A stretch of DNA of 64,000 bases from contig OZ244252.1 in the NCBI GenBank assembly GCA_965217185.1, positions 2,848,001 through 2,912,000 of the forward strand, in the 5' to 3' direction. Within the stretch, counting starts at the first letter, position 1. Each line of letters begins with the position of its first letter. A program made the translations under genes and the position numbers. Of the stretch, positions 1 to 10,854 are shown one piece after another. Under the pieces are notes generated by a model. The model worked only from the letters and a program-made list of their open reading frames with translations, had not been told where the DNA came from and ran no database searches. The stretch comes from an uncultured Candidatus Entotheonella sp. (GTDB lineage: Bacteria > Tectomicrobia > Entotheonellia > Entotheonellales > Entotheonellaceae).

Positions 1-55
1 GCGCGGGCATCTTGCCCGCAGGGTTCCGCTTGGCGGGCTGGAAGCCCGCGCTCCC
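1..55. repeat. REP-like double-hairpin palindrome (truncated by window edge)
   Basis: Hairpins GCGGGCatcttGCCCGC and GCGGGCtggaaGCCCGCgctccca; intergenic. Confidence 0.6.
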
Positions 56-359
56 AGGCATGGGGACCGCGGCGGATGCTGGGAAGGCGACCTCTGAAAC
101 CGGTCAAAGCAGGGGCAGGATCATTCACAAACACCCACCTAAGGACCTCAAGCTGCTCATAACTCAAACGGTGCGTAACATCACTTACTCATTCAGAAGC
201 TCGGTACCTCGCCCGCTCCCCGGATGCTGGAGCCATCCGAGATCGACTTGCTGCGGCAAAGCGAGAAGGAAGTAGCTTAAGGTCACGCGCGAGGTCCTTG
301 CCGGCAAACGCTAACCTCACTGACCCTCCAGGGGACGCGAAATCACAACGGGGCAAGCC

Positions 360-1878
<1,519 letters not shown>

Positions 1879-1886
<8 letters not shown>

Positions 1887-2193
1887 CGAGTTGGAAACCT
1901 TCCTGCAGCAGTACCCGGACCTGGTGCTGATCAATTTCTGGCAGGAGGGCTGCGACGCCAGCCACTATATGGCGCAGATGCTCGCCGGCCTGGAGCATTT
2001 CCAGCACATCTCGGTGCTGCACCTCAAGCTGGCCGAGCACCGTCCTTGGGCGGGCCATCACGGCGTTTTCGGCACGCCCGCGCTGGTGGTGTATTACCGC
2101 AAGCGGACGCTGTTCCGCATCATCGGGCGCGTGACGCCGGAGGAGTTGCTGCGGCGGTTTCGGGAGCTGGACGTGGGGGACGTTGGGTTTTGA
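1879..2193 (+). CDS. Thioredoxin-fold protein, CxxS variant
   Basis: LINFWQEGCDAS at the WCxxC position, GTP cis-Pro loop, ~104 aa; ATG overlaps the end of the upstream gene. Confidence 0.7.
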
Positions 2194-2211
2194 GCTAAGC
2201 GCCGAAAACAT

Positions 2212-2244
2212 GTAGGTTGGATTAGCCGCAGGCGTAATCCAACA
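2212..2244. repeat. GTAG-type REP element, copy 1
   Basis: GTAGGTTGGATTAGCCGCAGGCGTAATCCAACA; near-identical copies at 4587 and 47505. Confidence 0.8.
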
Positions 2245-2530
2245 TCGGCGCAGCGGAATGTAGAGATACAGGATATTTGCTGCGAAAAGTCAGAATGCGT
2301 GGCGGCTTGGCTTAGGTGTATTCCTGTCGCTGAACACCTGGAAACAGAGTTGTGCAAATGTGGTGTTCGTGGTGGGTTCATGGCATGATGGCCTTGCTTG
2401 TTAGTGACGAGTGAAGGTTCTCGTTCATAGTTCGTCACGAGTGGTTTTTCAGGTAACCGAACAAGAAAGACATGATCGGGCTGGGGGCAAATAGTTCCCG
2501 GCTTGCTTCCCCTTGATGGGGAGACGAAGA

Positions 2531-2872
2531 ATGGCTGAAGAGTTTGTCAGGACACAACAGTTCGGTGAGTTCGTGAGCCGGATGGAAGAGCGTTTCGACC
2601 ATGTGGGTGAGCGTTTCGACCATGTGAACGAGCTGGCCGACCAGCGTTTCGACAGCATGAACCAGCGTTTTCTTGACCTCGAGAAACGTATGGAACAAAG
2701 CTCTGTGCATGTCGACCAACGGTTTGAGCAGGTTGACAAGCGCTTTGATGACATTCAGGCAGAGATTCGTAGTCTGCGAACGATCATGTTCACGCTGTAT
2801 GTCCCGATCGTTGTTGCGGTTGCGGGAACGCTCGTGGGAGTGGCGGTGAAGTTCCTGTTCTTCAATAGTTGA
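2531..2872 (+). CDS. Small coiled-coil protein with C-terminal TM helix (DUF1640/CCDC90-like architecture)
   Basis: Heptad RFD-x-V repeats, 21-bp-period DNA duplication at 2588-2626, hydrophobic C-terminus, GGGAGA RBS. Confidence 0.7.
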   Translation: MAEEFVRTQQFGEFVSRMEERFDHVGERFDHVNELADQRFDSMNQRFLDLEKRMEQSSVHVDQRFEQVDKRFDDIQAEIRSLRTIMFTLYVPIVVAVAGTLVGVAVKFLFFNS

Positions 2873-2892
2873 AGACAGGCTTAAACGCAGGC

Positions 2893-2932
2893 AAACCCGC
2901 TTTCCGGCCTTGGGGCTGGGAGCGGGTTTTTT
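2893..2932 (+). terminator. Rho-independent terminator
   Basis: AAACCCGCT...AGCGGGTTTTTT stem followed by a U-tract, downstream of the coiled-coil gene. Confidence 0.75.
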
Positions 2933-2952
2933 GTCAGGTTCACCGTTGGGAA

Positions 2953-2988
2953 GACAGGATATCTGGCGGCATCGCCAGATATCCTGTC
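2953..2988. repeat. Perfect 16-bp inverted repeat
   Basis: GACAGGATATCTGGCG-gcat-CGCCAGATATCCTGTC. Confidence 0.85.
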
Positions 2989-3039
2989 ACTAAACATGGC
3001 ATGTCGGACTACTGCATGGCATCAAAAAGGATGGGATGA

Positions 3040-4053
3040 ATGAAAATAGGGTTGTTTACCACCAATCAACAATATCTGGATACGGACATGGTGGGCGCGC
3101 TGGAGGCGCAATACGCCATGGTGCGCCTGGCCCGCGACCGCGGCTGGGATTCGCTGTTCACCGGACAGCACTACCTCAACGAGGGCAACAACAAGCAGTT
3201 GCAGATCGTGCCGTTCCTGTCGCGGCTGATGGCGGAGGCGGGCGACATGACCGTCGGCATGGGCGTGCTGCTGCTCAATCTGCACAACCCGGTGTACGTG
3301 GCCGAGACGGTGGCGTCGATGGACATCCTGGCGCGCGGCAATTTCGTGTTCGGCGTCGGTCTGGGCTACCGGGAGGTGGAATTCGACGCCTTCGGGGTGC
3401 GCAAGGGGCGGCGGGTGAAACGCTTCGAGGCGTACCTGGACGTCGTGCAGCGGCTGTGGTCCGGCGAGGCGGTGACCTATGAGGACGAGATGTGCAAACT
3501 GGACGCGGTGCGCATGAACATCCTGCCGGTGCAGCAGCCGCGCCCGCCGTTGTGGATCGCCGCCAATAACGACGCGGCGGTGCGCCGCGCCGCGCGTCTG
3601 GGCGATGCGTGGATGATCAACCCGCACTCGACCGTCGAGACGGTGCGGCGCCAACTGGTGCTGTACCGCGACGAGTTGGCCAAGGCGGACAAGCCGTTTC
3701 CGAGCGAGCTGCCGTCGATCAAGGAAGTGTTCTGCGCCAAGGACCGTGCCACGGCGCTGAAGGTGGCCGGCCCGTACCTGTTCGGCAAGTACCAGGACTA
3801 CGCCAAGTGGGGCCAGGACGACGCCATGCCGGACGGTGAGTCGTTCCACCAGGATTTCGACGCGCTGCTGCAGGACCGCTTTGTGCTGGGATCGCCCGAG
3901 GATTGTTACGAGCAGTTGCGGCCTTACTGGGAGGAGTTGAACGTGAACCACCTGATTATCCGCACCCATTGGGCGGGGCTGCCGCTGTCCGCCGCGTTGT
4001 CCAGCATCCGGCTGATGTCGGACGAACTGCTGCCGGCGCTGCGCAAGGTATAA
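3040..4053 (+). CDS. LLM-class (luciferase-like) flavin-dependent oxidoreductase
   Basis: GWDSLFTGQH, HNPVYVAETVASMDIL, GVGLGYREVEF, PVQQPRPPLWIA. Confidence 0.9.
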   Translation: MKIGLFTTNQQYLDTDMVGALEAQYAMVRLARDRGWDSLFTGQHYLNEGNNKQLQIVPFLSRLMAEAGDMTVGMGVLLLNLHNPVYVAETVASMDILARGNFVFGVGLGYREVEFDAFGVRKGRRVKRFEAYLDVVQRLWSGEAVTYEDEMCKLDAVRMNILPVQQPRPPLWIAANNDAAVRRAARLGDAWMINPHSTVETVRRQLVLYRDELAKADKPFPSELPSIKEVFCAKDRATALKVAGPYLFGKYQDYAKWGQDDAMPDGESFHQDFDALLQDRFVLGSPEDCYEQLRPYWEELNVNHLIIRTHWAGLPLSAALSSIRLMSDELLPALRKV

Positions 4054-4064
4054 GGAGGGATTAC

Positions 4065-4562
4065 ATGTCTCAATTGTCAGCCATGGCGGCGTCGGTCGGC
4101 GAGCGCCTGAAAGCCTCCGGCACCTCGCTGGGGGTATCGGAATCTTCCTGCGGCGGCCTCATCTCGGCGGCCCTGGTGGCGGTGCCGGGAGCCTCGGCGT
4201 ACTACCTTGGCGGCGGCGTCATCTATACCGCGGCGTCGCGCGAGGGGCTATTGGCCATCGGCCCGCAGGCCATGCAGGGGCTGCGCGCCAGCACGGAAGC
4301 GTACGCGCTGCTGAACGCCCGCACCATCCGGGAAACCCTGGGCGCCACCTGGGGCCTGGCCGAAACCGGCGCCAGCGGCCCGACGGGCAACCGTTACGGC
4401 GACGCTGCCGGACACGCCTGCATCGCGGTCGCCGGCCCGGTAACGCACGCCATCACGCTGGAAACCGGGGAAACCGACCGCGAAGCCAATATGTGGACGT
4501 TTGCGCAGGCGGCATTGGATTTGCTGCTGGCGTGCCTGTCCGAGGCGGACGGGTCGGGTTAA
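4065..4562 (+). CDS. CinA C-terminal domain protein / NMN deamidase (PncC-like)
   Basis: SESSCGGLIS, VPGASAYYLGG, ETGASGPTG; AGGAGG RBS. Confidence 0.8.
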   Translation: MSQLSAMAASVGERLKASGTSLGVSESSCGGLISAALVAVPGASAYYLGGGVIYTAASREGLLAIGPQAMQGLRASTEAYALLNARTIRETLGATWGLAETGASGPTGNRYGDAAGHACIAVAGPVTHAITLETGETDREANMWTFAQAALDLLLACLSEADGSG

Positions 4563-4586
4563 GCACCCCTTCGGGAATGTCAAAAT

Positions 4587-4617
4587 GTAGGTCGGATTAG
4601 CGCAGCGTAATCCGACA
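4587..4617. repeat. GTAG-type REP element, copy 2
   Basis: GTAGGTCGGATTAGCGCAGCGTAATCCGACA between convergent genes. Confidence 0.8.
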
Positions 4618-4633
4618 TTCCACCCGGTGCTGC

Positions 4634-5062
4634 TCACCCGCAGACCGGCGGCACGGAAATCTCGCCCCGGTTGAGCAGGCCGATGAGCTCGGCGTCGCCG
4701 GCCAGAAAGTCCAACGCCGGCAATTGATCCGGGGCAGCCCAGCGAATCTGCTCAAAGGCGTGGTTGCGCAATTCGCCATTGAAGCGGGTGACGTGGTGAA
4801 AGACGAGCTTCACGCGATAGACCCCCGGATAGTCGTGCTGCGTGCGGTACAGTTCCGCACCAATGTCGGCCACGATGCCCAATTCCTCCTGCAACTCCCG
4901 GCGCAGCGCCGCCGCGCTGCTCTCGCCCGCCTCCAGCTTGCCGCCCGGAAACTCCCACTGCAACGCGAACGCCGCATCGCGCCGCCGCTGGCAAACAAGC
5001 AAGGCGCCGTGACGCTGGATGAGCCCGGCTACGACGGTCAGGATGGGCAATGCGGAGGGCAT
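4634..5062 (-). CDS. NUDIX hydrolase, MutT/NudG-like
   Basis: Nudix box WEFPGGKLEAGESSAAALRRELQEELGI. Confidence 0.9.
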   Translation of the reverse strand: MPSALPILTVVAGLIQRHGALLVCQRRRDAAFALQWEFPGGKLEAGESSAAALRRELQEELGIVADIGAELYRTQHDYPGVYRVKLVFHHVTRFNGELRNHAFEQIRWAAPDQLPALDFLAGDAELIGLLNRGEISVPPVCG

Positions 5063-5086
5063 GGGGAGAACTCCTCAGTATATACG

Positions 5087-5116
5087 TTGACATTATGACG
5101 TCTGGACGTCTATAGT
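5087..5116 (+). promoter_or_regulatory. Sigma-70 promoter of the MTase with two GACGTC palindromes in the spacer
   Basis: TTGACA (5087-92), 18-nt spacer, TATAGT (5111-16); GACGTC at 5097-5102 and 5105-5110; ATG at 5123 with no SD. Confidence 0.7.
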
Positions 5117-5122
5117 GCGCTC

Positions 5123-6259
5123 ATGAAACAGACCAGTAACAGACAGGCGCCGGGTCGGGTGCGTGATGCGATCATCCAGGTTTTGAAGCTGGCATCCGAC
5201 GGTTTGTCGGCCAAGCAGATCGCGGAACGGGTCGCGAGCGTCAACGGGTCTATTCCCGAGTCGTCAATCCGCTCGTATCTCAGCCTGAACACACCCGATA
5301 CCTTCGTCAGGGAGAGCCGGGGCGTTTACAGGCTCGGCGGGGATTACGGCGCCGAATTGCAACGCCCCCTGTTCGAGGTTGCGGCCCAGAGAAAGCCGTT
5401 CACGTTCGGCAGGGCAACCCTGTTTCACGCCAACGCCCTCGATTGGCTCCCTGACCAGGCAGACAACTCGATTCACGCAATCGTGACCGACCCCCCTTAC
5501 GGCCTGCAGGAATACACGGCGAAGGAGCAAGCAAAGCTCCGCAGCGGCAAGGGAGGCGTTTGGCGCATACCCCCGTCATTTGACGGGCACACGCGTTCGC
5601 CGCTGCCGCGCTTTACGACCTTGACCGGCTTCCAAAAGGGTTCCCTGCGGGAGTTTTTCTTCATCTGGGCACGGCTTCTGGCGCCCAAACTCGTGCCGGG
5701 GGCCAATGTGGTCGTGGCTTCCAATCCGATGCTGTCCGACATCGTCTCAGCGGCCTTGTCGGACGCGGGGCTTGAAAGGCGGGGCGCCATTGTCAGACTC
5801 GTGATGACCATGCGCGGCGGTGACCGTCCGAAAGCAGCGCACCAGGAATTTGCCGGGGTGAGCGTGCTCCCGAGGTCGATGTGGGAGCCTTGGGTTCTGT
5901 TCCGCAGACCGATTGAAGGCAGAGCACAGGATAATCTGCGAAAGTGGAAGACCGGCGGCTTTCGCAGACCCTCGGCGTGTTTGCCATTCGGGGACGTGAT
6001 TCAGTCCGCCCCGACGCGAAAGCGCGAGAAGCTTATCGCTCCCCATCCGAGCCTGAAGCCGCAGGCGTTCTTGCGGCAACTCGTCCGGGGCGTCCTTCCC
6101 CTCGGCGAGGGCGTCGTCGTCGATCCGTTCGCGGGTGCGGGTTCCACTCTGGCAGCGGCGGAAGCGGTGGGATACGCATCGCTGGGCGTCGAAAGCGACC
6201 CCGTGTATTTCGACATGGCAGCCAGGGCTATTCAACCGCTGGCGGAAATCGAGATTTGA
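5123..6259 (+). CDS. Beta-class amino (N4-C/N6-A) DNA methyltransferase with N-terminal winged-helix-like domain
   Basis: Catalytic TDPPY precedes HPSLKP and SAM-binding DPFAGAGST; ~75-aa N-terminal HTH-like extension. Confidence 0.88.
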   Translation: MKQTSNRQAPGRVRDAIIQVLKLASDGLSAKQIAERVASVNGSIPESSIRSYLSLNTPDTFVRESRGVYRLGGDYGAELQRPLFEVAAQRKPFTFGRATLFHANALDWLPDQADNSIHAIVTDPPYGLQEYTAKEQAKLRSGKGGVWRIPPSFDGHTRSPLPRFTTLTGFQKGSLREFFFIWARLLAPKLVPGANVVVASNPMLSDIVSAALSDAGLERRGAIVRLVMTMRGGDRPKAAHQEFAGVSVLPRSMWEPWVLFRRPIEGRAQDNLRKWKTGGFRRPSACLPFGDVIQSAPTRKREKLIAPHPSLKPQAFLRQLVRGVLPLGEGVVVDPFAGAGSTLAAAEAVGYASLGVESDPVYFDMAARAIQPLAEIEI

Positions 6260-6273
6260 CAGCAAGGCCCAGC

Positions 6274-6875
6274 CTAAACCATGTACAGCCAGTTCTGCCG
6301 CAGTTTCTTGATCCCGTGCCGGTCCAGCGTAGCGGTCCGCGTACCGAGTTCGCCGCGCGGGTTACGCCTGAAGTCCTCCACGCTGACGTGACTCAGGTAC
6401 ACTTCTGTGAACGTCATGGGCTGCCTGTCCGAGGCCGGCTCCGTTTCATTGTCCACGCTGTAACGAAGACGCACATCCACTGGTCTCACGCGCCGTGGGT
6501 ATCAACCGCTCCCCCTTTCTTCCGTGTCGTTTTGATCTCCACGCCCTGGCCGCCCGCCTTCACCGCGTTTTCCGGATATACGCCCTGCACAATGAGGTCC
6601 GGATGGCCGTTAAAATAGGTGTTTTCGGTCAGAACCCGCGAGTGCTTGGCCAAGCTGGCCGTCAACATGTCGGAGAGAACGCCGGACATGATAGCCGGGC
6701 GCAGCATATCGTCGAGGCGCTGCAATCCTTTGCTGACCAAGTTGGCATTTACGTCGTAGAAAAAGTCATAAACGTCTTGCATTGCCGAGTCAAAATCCCG
6801 GATGCGAAGCTCGTAAGGAAGCGACGTCAGCGGATTGAAGCTTGCTTGGTCGACAATGTTTCGATGGATCGGCAT
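6274..6875 (-). pseudogene. Disrupted PD-(D/E)xK restriction-endonuclease-like gene
   Basis: HPDL...VEIKTT motif; in-frame TGA at 6486-6488, then a frame change ~25 nt later joining the 6274-6489 ORF; convergent with the MTase. Confidence 0.65.
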
Positions 6876-7028
6876 TCGACAAGTATCCTTCGGACGTGGA
6901 AAACACCTGCGGCTGCTGTCAATGCCCTCAGTTTATACCAGACCACGCCAGCGGGGCATCGAATAATCCCCTCGCTGGCTGGTGGGCGATTGTGATAGCC
7001 TGCGGGGCGCTTGGCGAGGAGGCGAGGC

Positions 7029-8447
7029 ATGATACCTGTTGTGCTGTCGGGGGGAAGCGGGACGCGGCTGTGGCCGGTGTCGCGGGCATCGTGGCCGAAG
7101 CCGTTTTGCGACCTGTTCGATGAGCCCCTGTATCTGAAAACGCTCAAACGGCTACTGCCCCTGGGCAATCCGTGGACGGTGACCGTGCAGGCGCTGCAGG
7201 GACGCACGCGCGAGGCGTGCGGGCAGGTCGGCCTGACGGACGCGCAGGTGATTTGCGAGCCGTTCGGCCGCAACACGGCGCCGGCGATTGCGTTGCTGTG
7301 CCGCCTGTTTACCCTGCGGGGCAGGGGCAGCGACGTGGTGGGCATCTTTCCGGCGGACCATCTGGTTCACGACGATGAGGGGCTGCGGCGGGCGGTCGAA
7401 CTGGGCGCCGAGTGCGCCGCCAAGGGCGAGGTGGTCACCCTCGGCATGACCCCGACCCGCCCGGCGGTGACGTTCGGCTACATTGAGACTGCAGACGCCG
7501 CCCCGGTGCGGGAAGCCCCCCGCGTTCTGACCGCGAAGCGGTTTGTCGAAAAGCCGGACGAGGCCACGGCGCGCCGGTTGCTCGCCGCCGGCAACTGCCT
7601 ATGGAACGCCGGCATCTTCCTGTTCCGTGTCGACACGATGGCCGGACACTTCCAATCGTTGCTGCCCGACTTGTGGCGACGCATCGCAACCATTGACACT
7701 TCCCGCTCGAACCTCGCGGCTATTTACGGGCAGATCGAACCACTCAGCTTCGACCACGGCATCCTGGAGCGCCTGGATTCCCTGCTGTGCATTCCCTGCG
7801 ACGTCGGCTGGAGCGACGTGGGTTCCTGGGAAGAAGTGAGCGCCCTGTCGAACGGCGGCAGCCCCGGCGCGCACGTGTTCACGGCTGACGCCGACAACAA
7901 CTACGTGCACCCGCAAGACTCGAAGGTGTACGGCCTGGCCGGCGTGGATGACCTCATCATCATCGATACCGACGACGCCCTGCTGGTGACCCGCAAGGGC
8001 CAGAGCCACCGGGTGCGGGAGGTCGTGGAGGACATCCGGCAGCAGGGCCTGCCCGCCGCCATGCAGCACGACCACCGCTTCGACGCGCGCCCGTGGGGCC
8101 GCTACGAAGTGCTGGCCGCGCCGGGTCACTTCAAGGCCAAGGTCATCACCGTGGCGCCGCACGCACGCCTGTCCTACCAATCGCACGAGCACCGCGAGGA
8201 GCACTGGGTCGTCGTGCGCGGCGCCGGGCAGGTGGTCCTCGACGGCGTCACCCGCGCCGTCAAGACTGGCGACTACATCTTCGTCGCCAAAGGCTGCCGA
8301 CACCGCATGATCAACCCCCACGACAGCGACCTGCAGTTCGTCGAAGTCCAACTCGGCAGCTATTTCGGCGAGGACGACATCACCCGCTACCAAGATGACT
8401 ATCAGAGGGTCCCGCAGCCGCCCGACGCCGACGCAAAGCGCCCCTGA
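7029..8447 (+). CDS. manC: Mannose-1-phosphate guanylyltransferase / mannose-6-phosphate isomerase
   Basis: VVLSGGSGTRLWPVSR, EPFGRNTAPA, FVEKPD, WSDVGSW, C-terminal cupin RPWG...LSYQSHEHREEHW. Confidence 0.93.
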   Translation: MIPVVLSGGSGTRLWPVSRASWPKPFCDLFDEPLYLKTLKRLLPLGNPWTVTVQALQGRTREACGQVGLTDAQVICEPFGRNTAPAIALLCRLFTLRGRGSDVVGIFPADHLVHDDEGLRRAVELGAECAAKGEVVTLGMTPTRPAVTFGYIETADAAPVREAPRVLTAKRFVEKPDEATARRLLAAGNCLWNAGIFLFRVDTMAGHFQSLLPDLWRRIATIDTSRSNLAAIYGQIEPLSFDHGILERLDSLLCIPCDVGWSDVGSWEEVSALSNGGSPGAHVFTADADNNYVHPQDSKVYGLAGVDDLIIIDTDDALLVTRKGQSHRVREVVEDIRQQGLPAAMQHDHRFDARPWGRYEVLAAPGHFKAKVITVAPHARLSYQSHEHREEHWVVVRGAGQVVLDGVTRAVKTGDYIFVAKGCRHRMINPHDSDLQFVEVQLGSYFGEDDITRYQDDYQRVPQPPDADAKRP

Positions 8448-8627
8448 GACCGCCTCCCAGCCTACCTGTCCTTGCGCAACGTATCGTTTGACACTACCAT
8501 GGCGCACTTTTTGGCGTGCCGAACCGGCCCAGCACTTCCCCCGCTTTTGGCAGACGTCGCGCGAAGACCCGGCCAAGTCGCCCTCCGGCAGATGCCCGGC
8601 AGCGAAACCTTCGTTGAGGGGAAACCG

Positions 8628-8858
8628 ATGAAGGAACTTATCGAACAAATCGCCAAGACCATCGTTGAGAATCCCGATGAAGTCCAAGTCAGGGCCATCG
8701 AGGGCGAACACGCGGTGGTCATCGAACTTCGTGTCGCTCCCGACGACATCGGCAAAGTCATCGGCAAGCAAGGCCGCACCATTACTGCCATGCGAACCAT
8801 CCTGAACGCCGCCAGAGCCCAGAAAGAAAAACGCCAGATCCTCGAAGTGATCGAGTAG
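8628..8858 (+). CDS. khpA: KH-domain RNA-binding protein
   Basis: 76 aa; ELRVAPDDIGKVIGKQGRTITAMRTIL; GAGGGG RBS. Confidence 0.9.
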   Translation: MKELIEQIAKTIVENPDEVQVRAIEGEHAVVIELRVAPDDIGKVIGKQGRTITAMRTILNAARAQKEKRQILEVIE

Positions 8859-8931
8859 AACCCCACGGGTTCGCCCGCCCGGCGCATTGTCGCCGTCTTC
8901 CGGCCATACCCCTTATCCCCGGAGTCGTGCA

Positions 8932-10854
8932 ATGAAGGTCCCTCGTTCCACCCGGTACACCCTATGGATGGGCACCGTCTGCCTGATGCTGACGCTGTTG
9001 TTCCTCGCCGGGTGCTCAACGCCGCCGTCGACTCGCACGACTGAACCCGAGCCGCCGCAGACCGGCATCGAATCGAGTGCTGAAGAGACGTTTGAAGTCG
9101 CCGAGGGTTTGCGTCGAGAGCAGCGCAACGCCGAGGCGCTGCAGGCGTTCGCCGACTTCATCGAGCAGTTCCCCGACAGCCCGCTGGGCGACGACGCGCG
9201 CTTGGCCATCGGGCAATTGGCCGCCGGGTTGGGCCGTCCGGATGACGCCGTCGCGGCCTACACGGACCTGATTGGCAACTTCCCGGATTCCGAGCTCCGG
9301 GCAGAGGCGTATCTGAGCCTGGGCCGGTTGCGGTACGATCAGCAGGACTACGCCGGCAGTTGGGTGGCCCTGCAGGACGCCCTTGACGCCTCGCCCACTC
9401 CAGAGCAGCAGGCGCGCGCCCATTACCACCTCGGCACCGCGTCGTTTGCCCTGCAGGCATACAGGGAAGCCGTCACCGATCTGGCCATGGCCGTGAATGC
9501 CGACGACCCCGAGTTGGCCGAAAAAGCCCGCACCCTGCTCGCCCAGATCGCCCGCCATCACCTCGACGTGCCGCAACTCGAATTCCTGGCCGATCGCTTT
9601 GCCAACGCCCATCCCGGCGACCTGCTCATGGCCGAGCTGGCGCGAAGGCACCGCGCCGCCGGCAACGTGCAAGCCGAAATCGACGCCCTGCGCCGCCTGG
9701 CCGACGCCTTCCCGGACCGCCCAGGTGCCGACGCAACCCTGGAACGCTTGCAGACGCTCGAAGCCATGCTCGACACCGACCCCACCAAGCTCGGCATTTT
9801 GCTGCCGCTGTCCGGCCCCACCGGCCAGATCGGCAGGTCGGCCTTGCAGAGCGTGCAGCTCGCCCTCGACATGCTGCAACAGCGCCATGCCGATCTCGAC
9901 CTGTCGCTGGTCATTCGCGATACCGGCGCCAGCACCGAGACGGCCCGCAGCGCACTGCACGCCCTGGTCGAGGAAGCGCACGTCATTGGCGTCATCGGCC
10001 CGCTGCTCAGCCAAACCGCCGAAGAGCTGGCACCCCTCGCCGACGAGCTGGGCGTGCCGCTCATCTCGCCATTCGCACGCGACAGCCAATTCCCGCAACT
10101 TAGCCCCTACGCCTTTCGCAACAGCCTGACGGACGCCATGCAGGGCCGCCTGCTGGCCTCATACGCCACCCAGCAACTGGCCCGCAGGCGTTTCGCCATC
10201 CTTCACCCGGACGATGCCTACGGCACCGCGCTTGCCGACCACTTCAGCGCCGCGCTCGCCGACCACAACGGCCGTGTGGTCGTAAAGGCTGCCTACCCGT
10301 CCGACGCGCAGAACGTCAGCCGTGCGGTGCGGCGTATCCGCGCCGAGACGTACGATGCCCTGCTAGTGCCGGACTACGCCGACAACATCGCACGCCTCGC
10401 CCCTGAGCTGGCCTATGATGCCGAGGCCGGTGTGCAGTTGTTGGGAACCGACGGCTGGAACGATCCGGGGATCACCGACGTCCCGTCGCGGGTGGTGGAT
10501 GGGGCGGTGTTTGTGGACGGCTTCTACGCGGATTCGCCGGTGCCGCACGTGGCGGCGTTCGTGAATGGTTTTCGCGACCGCTACGGCGCCGTTCCCGATC
10601 TGCTGGCGGCGCAGGCCTACGACACCCTGATGATGTGCGCCCAGGTGCTGCGCGCCGGGGTGCGAACGCGCCCCGAACTGCGCGACGGCCTGGCGCAGAT
10701 ACGCGGCTTCCCCGGCGTCTCCGGCGTTACGACGATGGACGCTGATGGGGATGCGGAAAAAGTGCTTTACATGTTGAGCGTGCGGGGGGGCAAGATCATC
10801 CAGATCAACGCGCCGGCGTTTCAGTATCCCGACGCCGGCGATCCAGTTGATTGA
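8932..10854 (+). CDS. TPR + periplasmic-binding-fold lipoprotein (LppC/LpoA-like)
   Basis: Lipobox LAGC, FPDS-type TPR repeats, LGILLPLSG...VIGPLLS domain. Confidence 0.8.
   Translation: MKVPRSTRYTLWMGTVCLMLTLLFLAGCSTPPSTRTTEPEPPQTGIESSAEETFEVAEGLRREQRNAEALQAFADFIEQFPDSPLGDDARLAIGQLAAGLGRPDDAVAAYTDLIGNFPDSELRAEAYLSLGRLRYDQQDYAGSWVALQDALDASPTPEQQARAHYHLGTASFALQAYREAVTDLAMAVNADDPELAEKARTLLAQIARHHLDVPQLEFLADRFANAHPGDLLMAELARRHRAAGNVQAEIDALRRLADAFPDRPGADATLERLQTLEAMLDTDPTKLGILLPLSGPTGQIGRSALQSVQLALDMLQQRHADLDLSLVIRDTGASTETARSALHALVEEAHVIGVIGPLLSQTAEELAPLADELGVPLISPFARDSQFPQLSPYAFRNSLTDAMQGRLLASYATQQLARRRFAILHPDDAYGTALADHFSAALADHNGRVVVKAAYPSDAQNVSRAVRRIRAETYDALLVPDYADNIARLAPELAYDAEAGVQLLGTDGWNDPGITDVPSRVVDGAVFVDGFYADSPVPHVAAFVNGFRDRYGAVPDLLAAQAYDTLMMCAQVLRAGVRTRPELRDGLAQIRGFPGVSGVTTMDADGDAEKVLYMLSVRGGKIIQINAPAFQYPDAGDPVD

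Noticed and set aside
302..358. c-di-GMP-I riboswitch-like words (GGCAAAC...GGGACGCGAAA)
   Set aside because: No GNRA-capped P2 hairpin or recognisable P3
2381..2398. Sigma-54 promoter TGGCAT...TTGC
   Set aside because: GG-to-GC spacing is 12 nt, not the required 10
6486..6488. In-frame TGA in the nuclease gene as selenocysteine (selAB are in the window)
   Set aside because: A frameshift follows within ~25 nt, the fold is not a redox enzyme, and a CGA/AGA-to-TGA nonsense change is simpler
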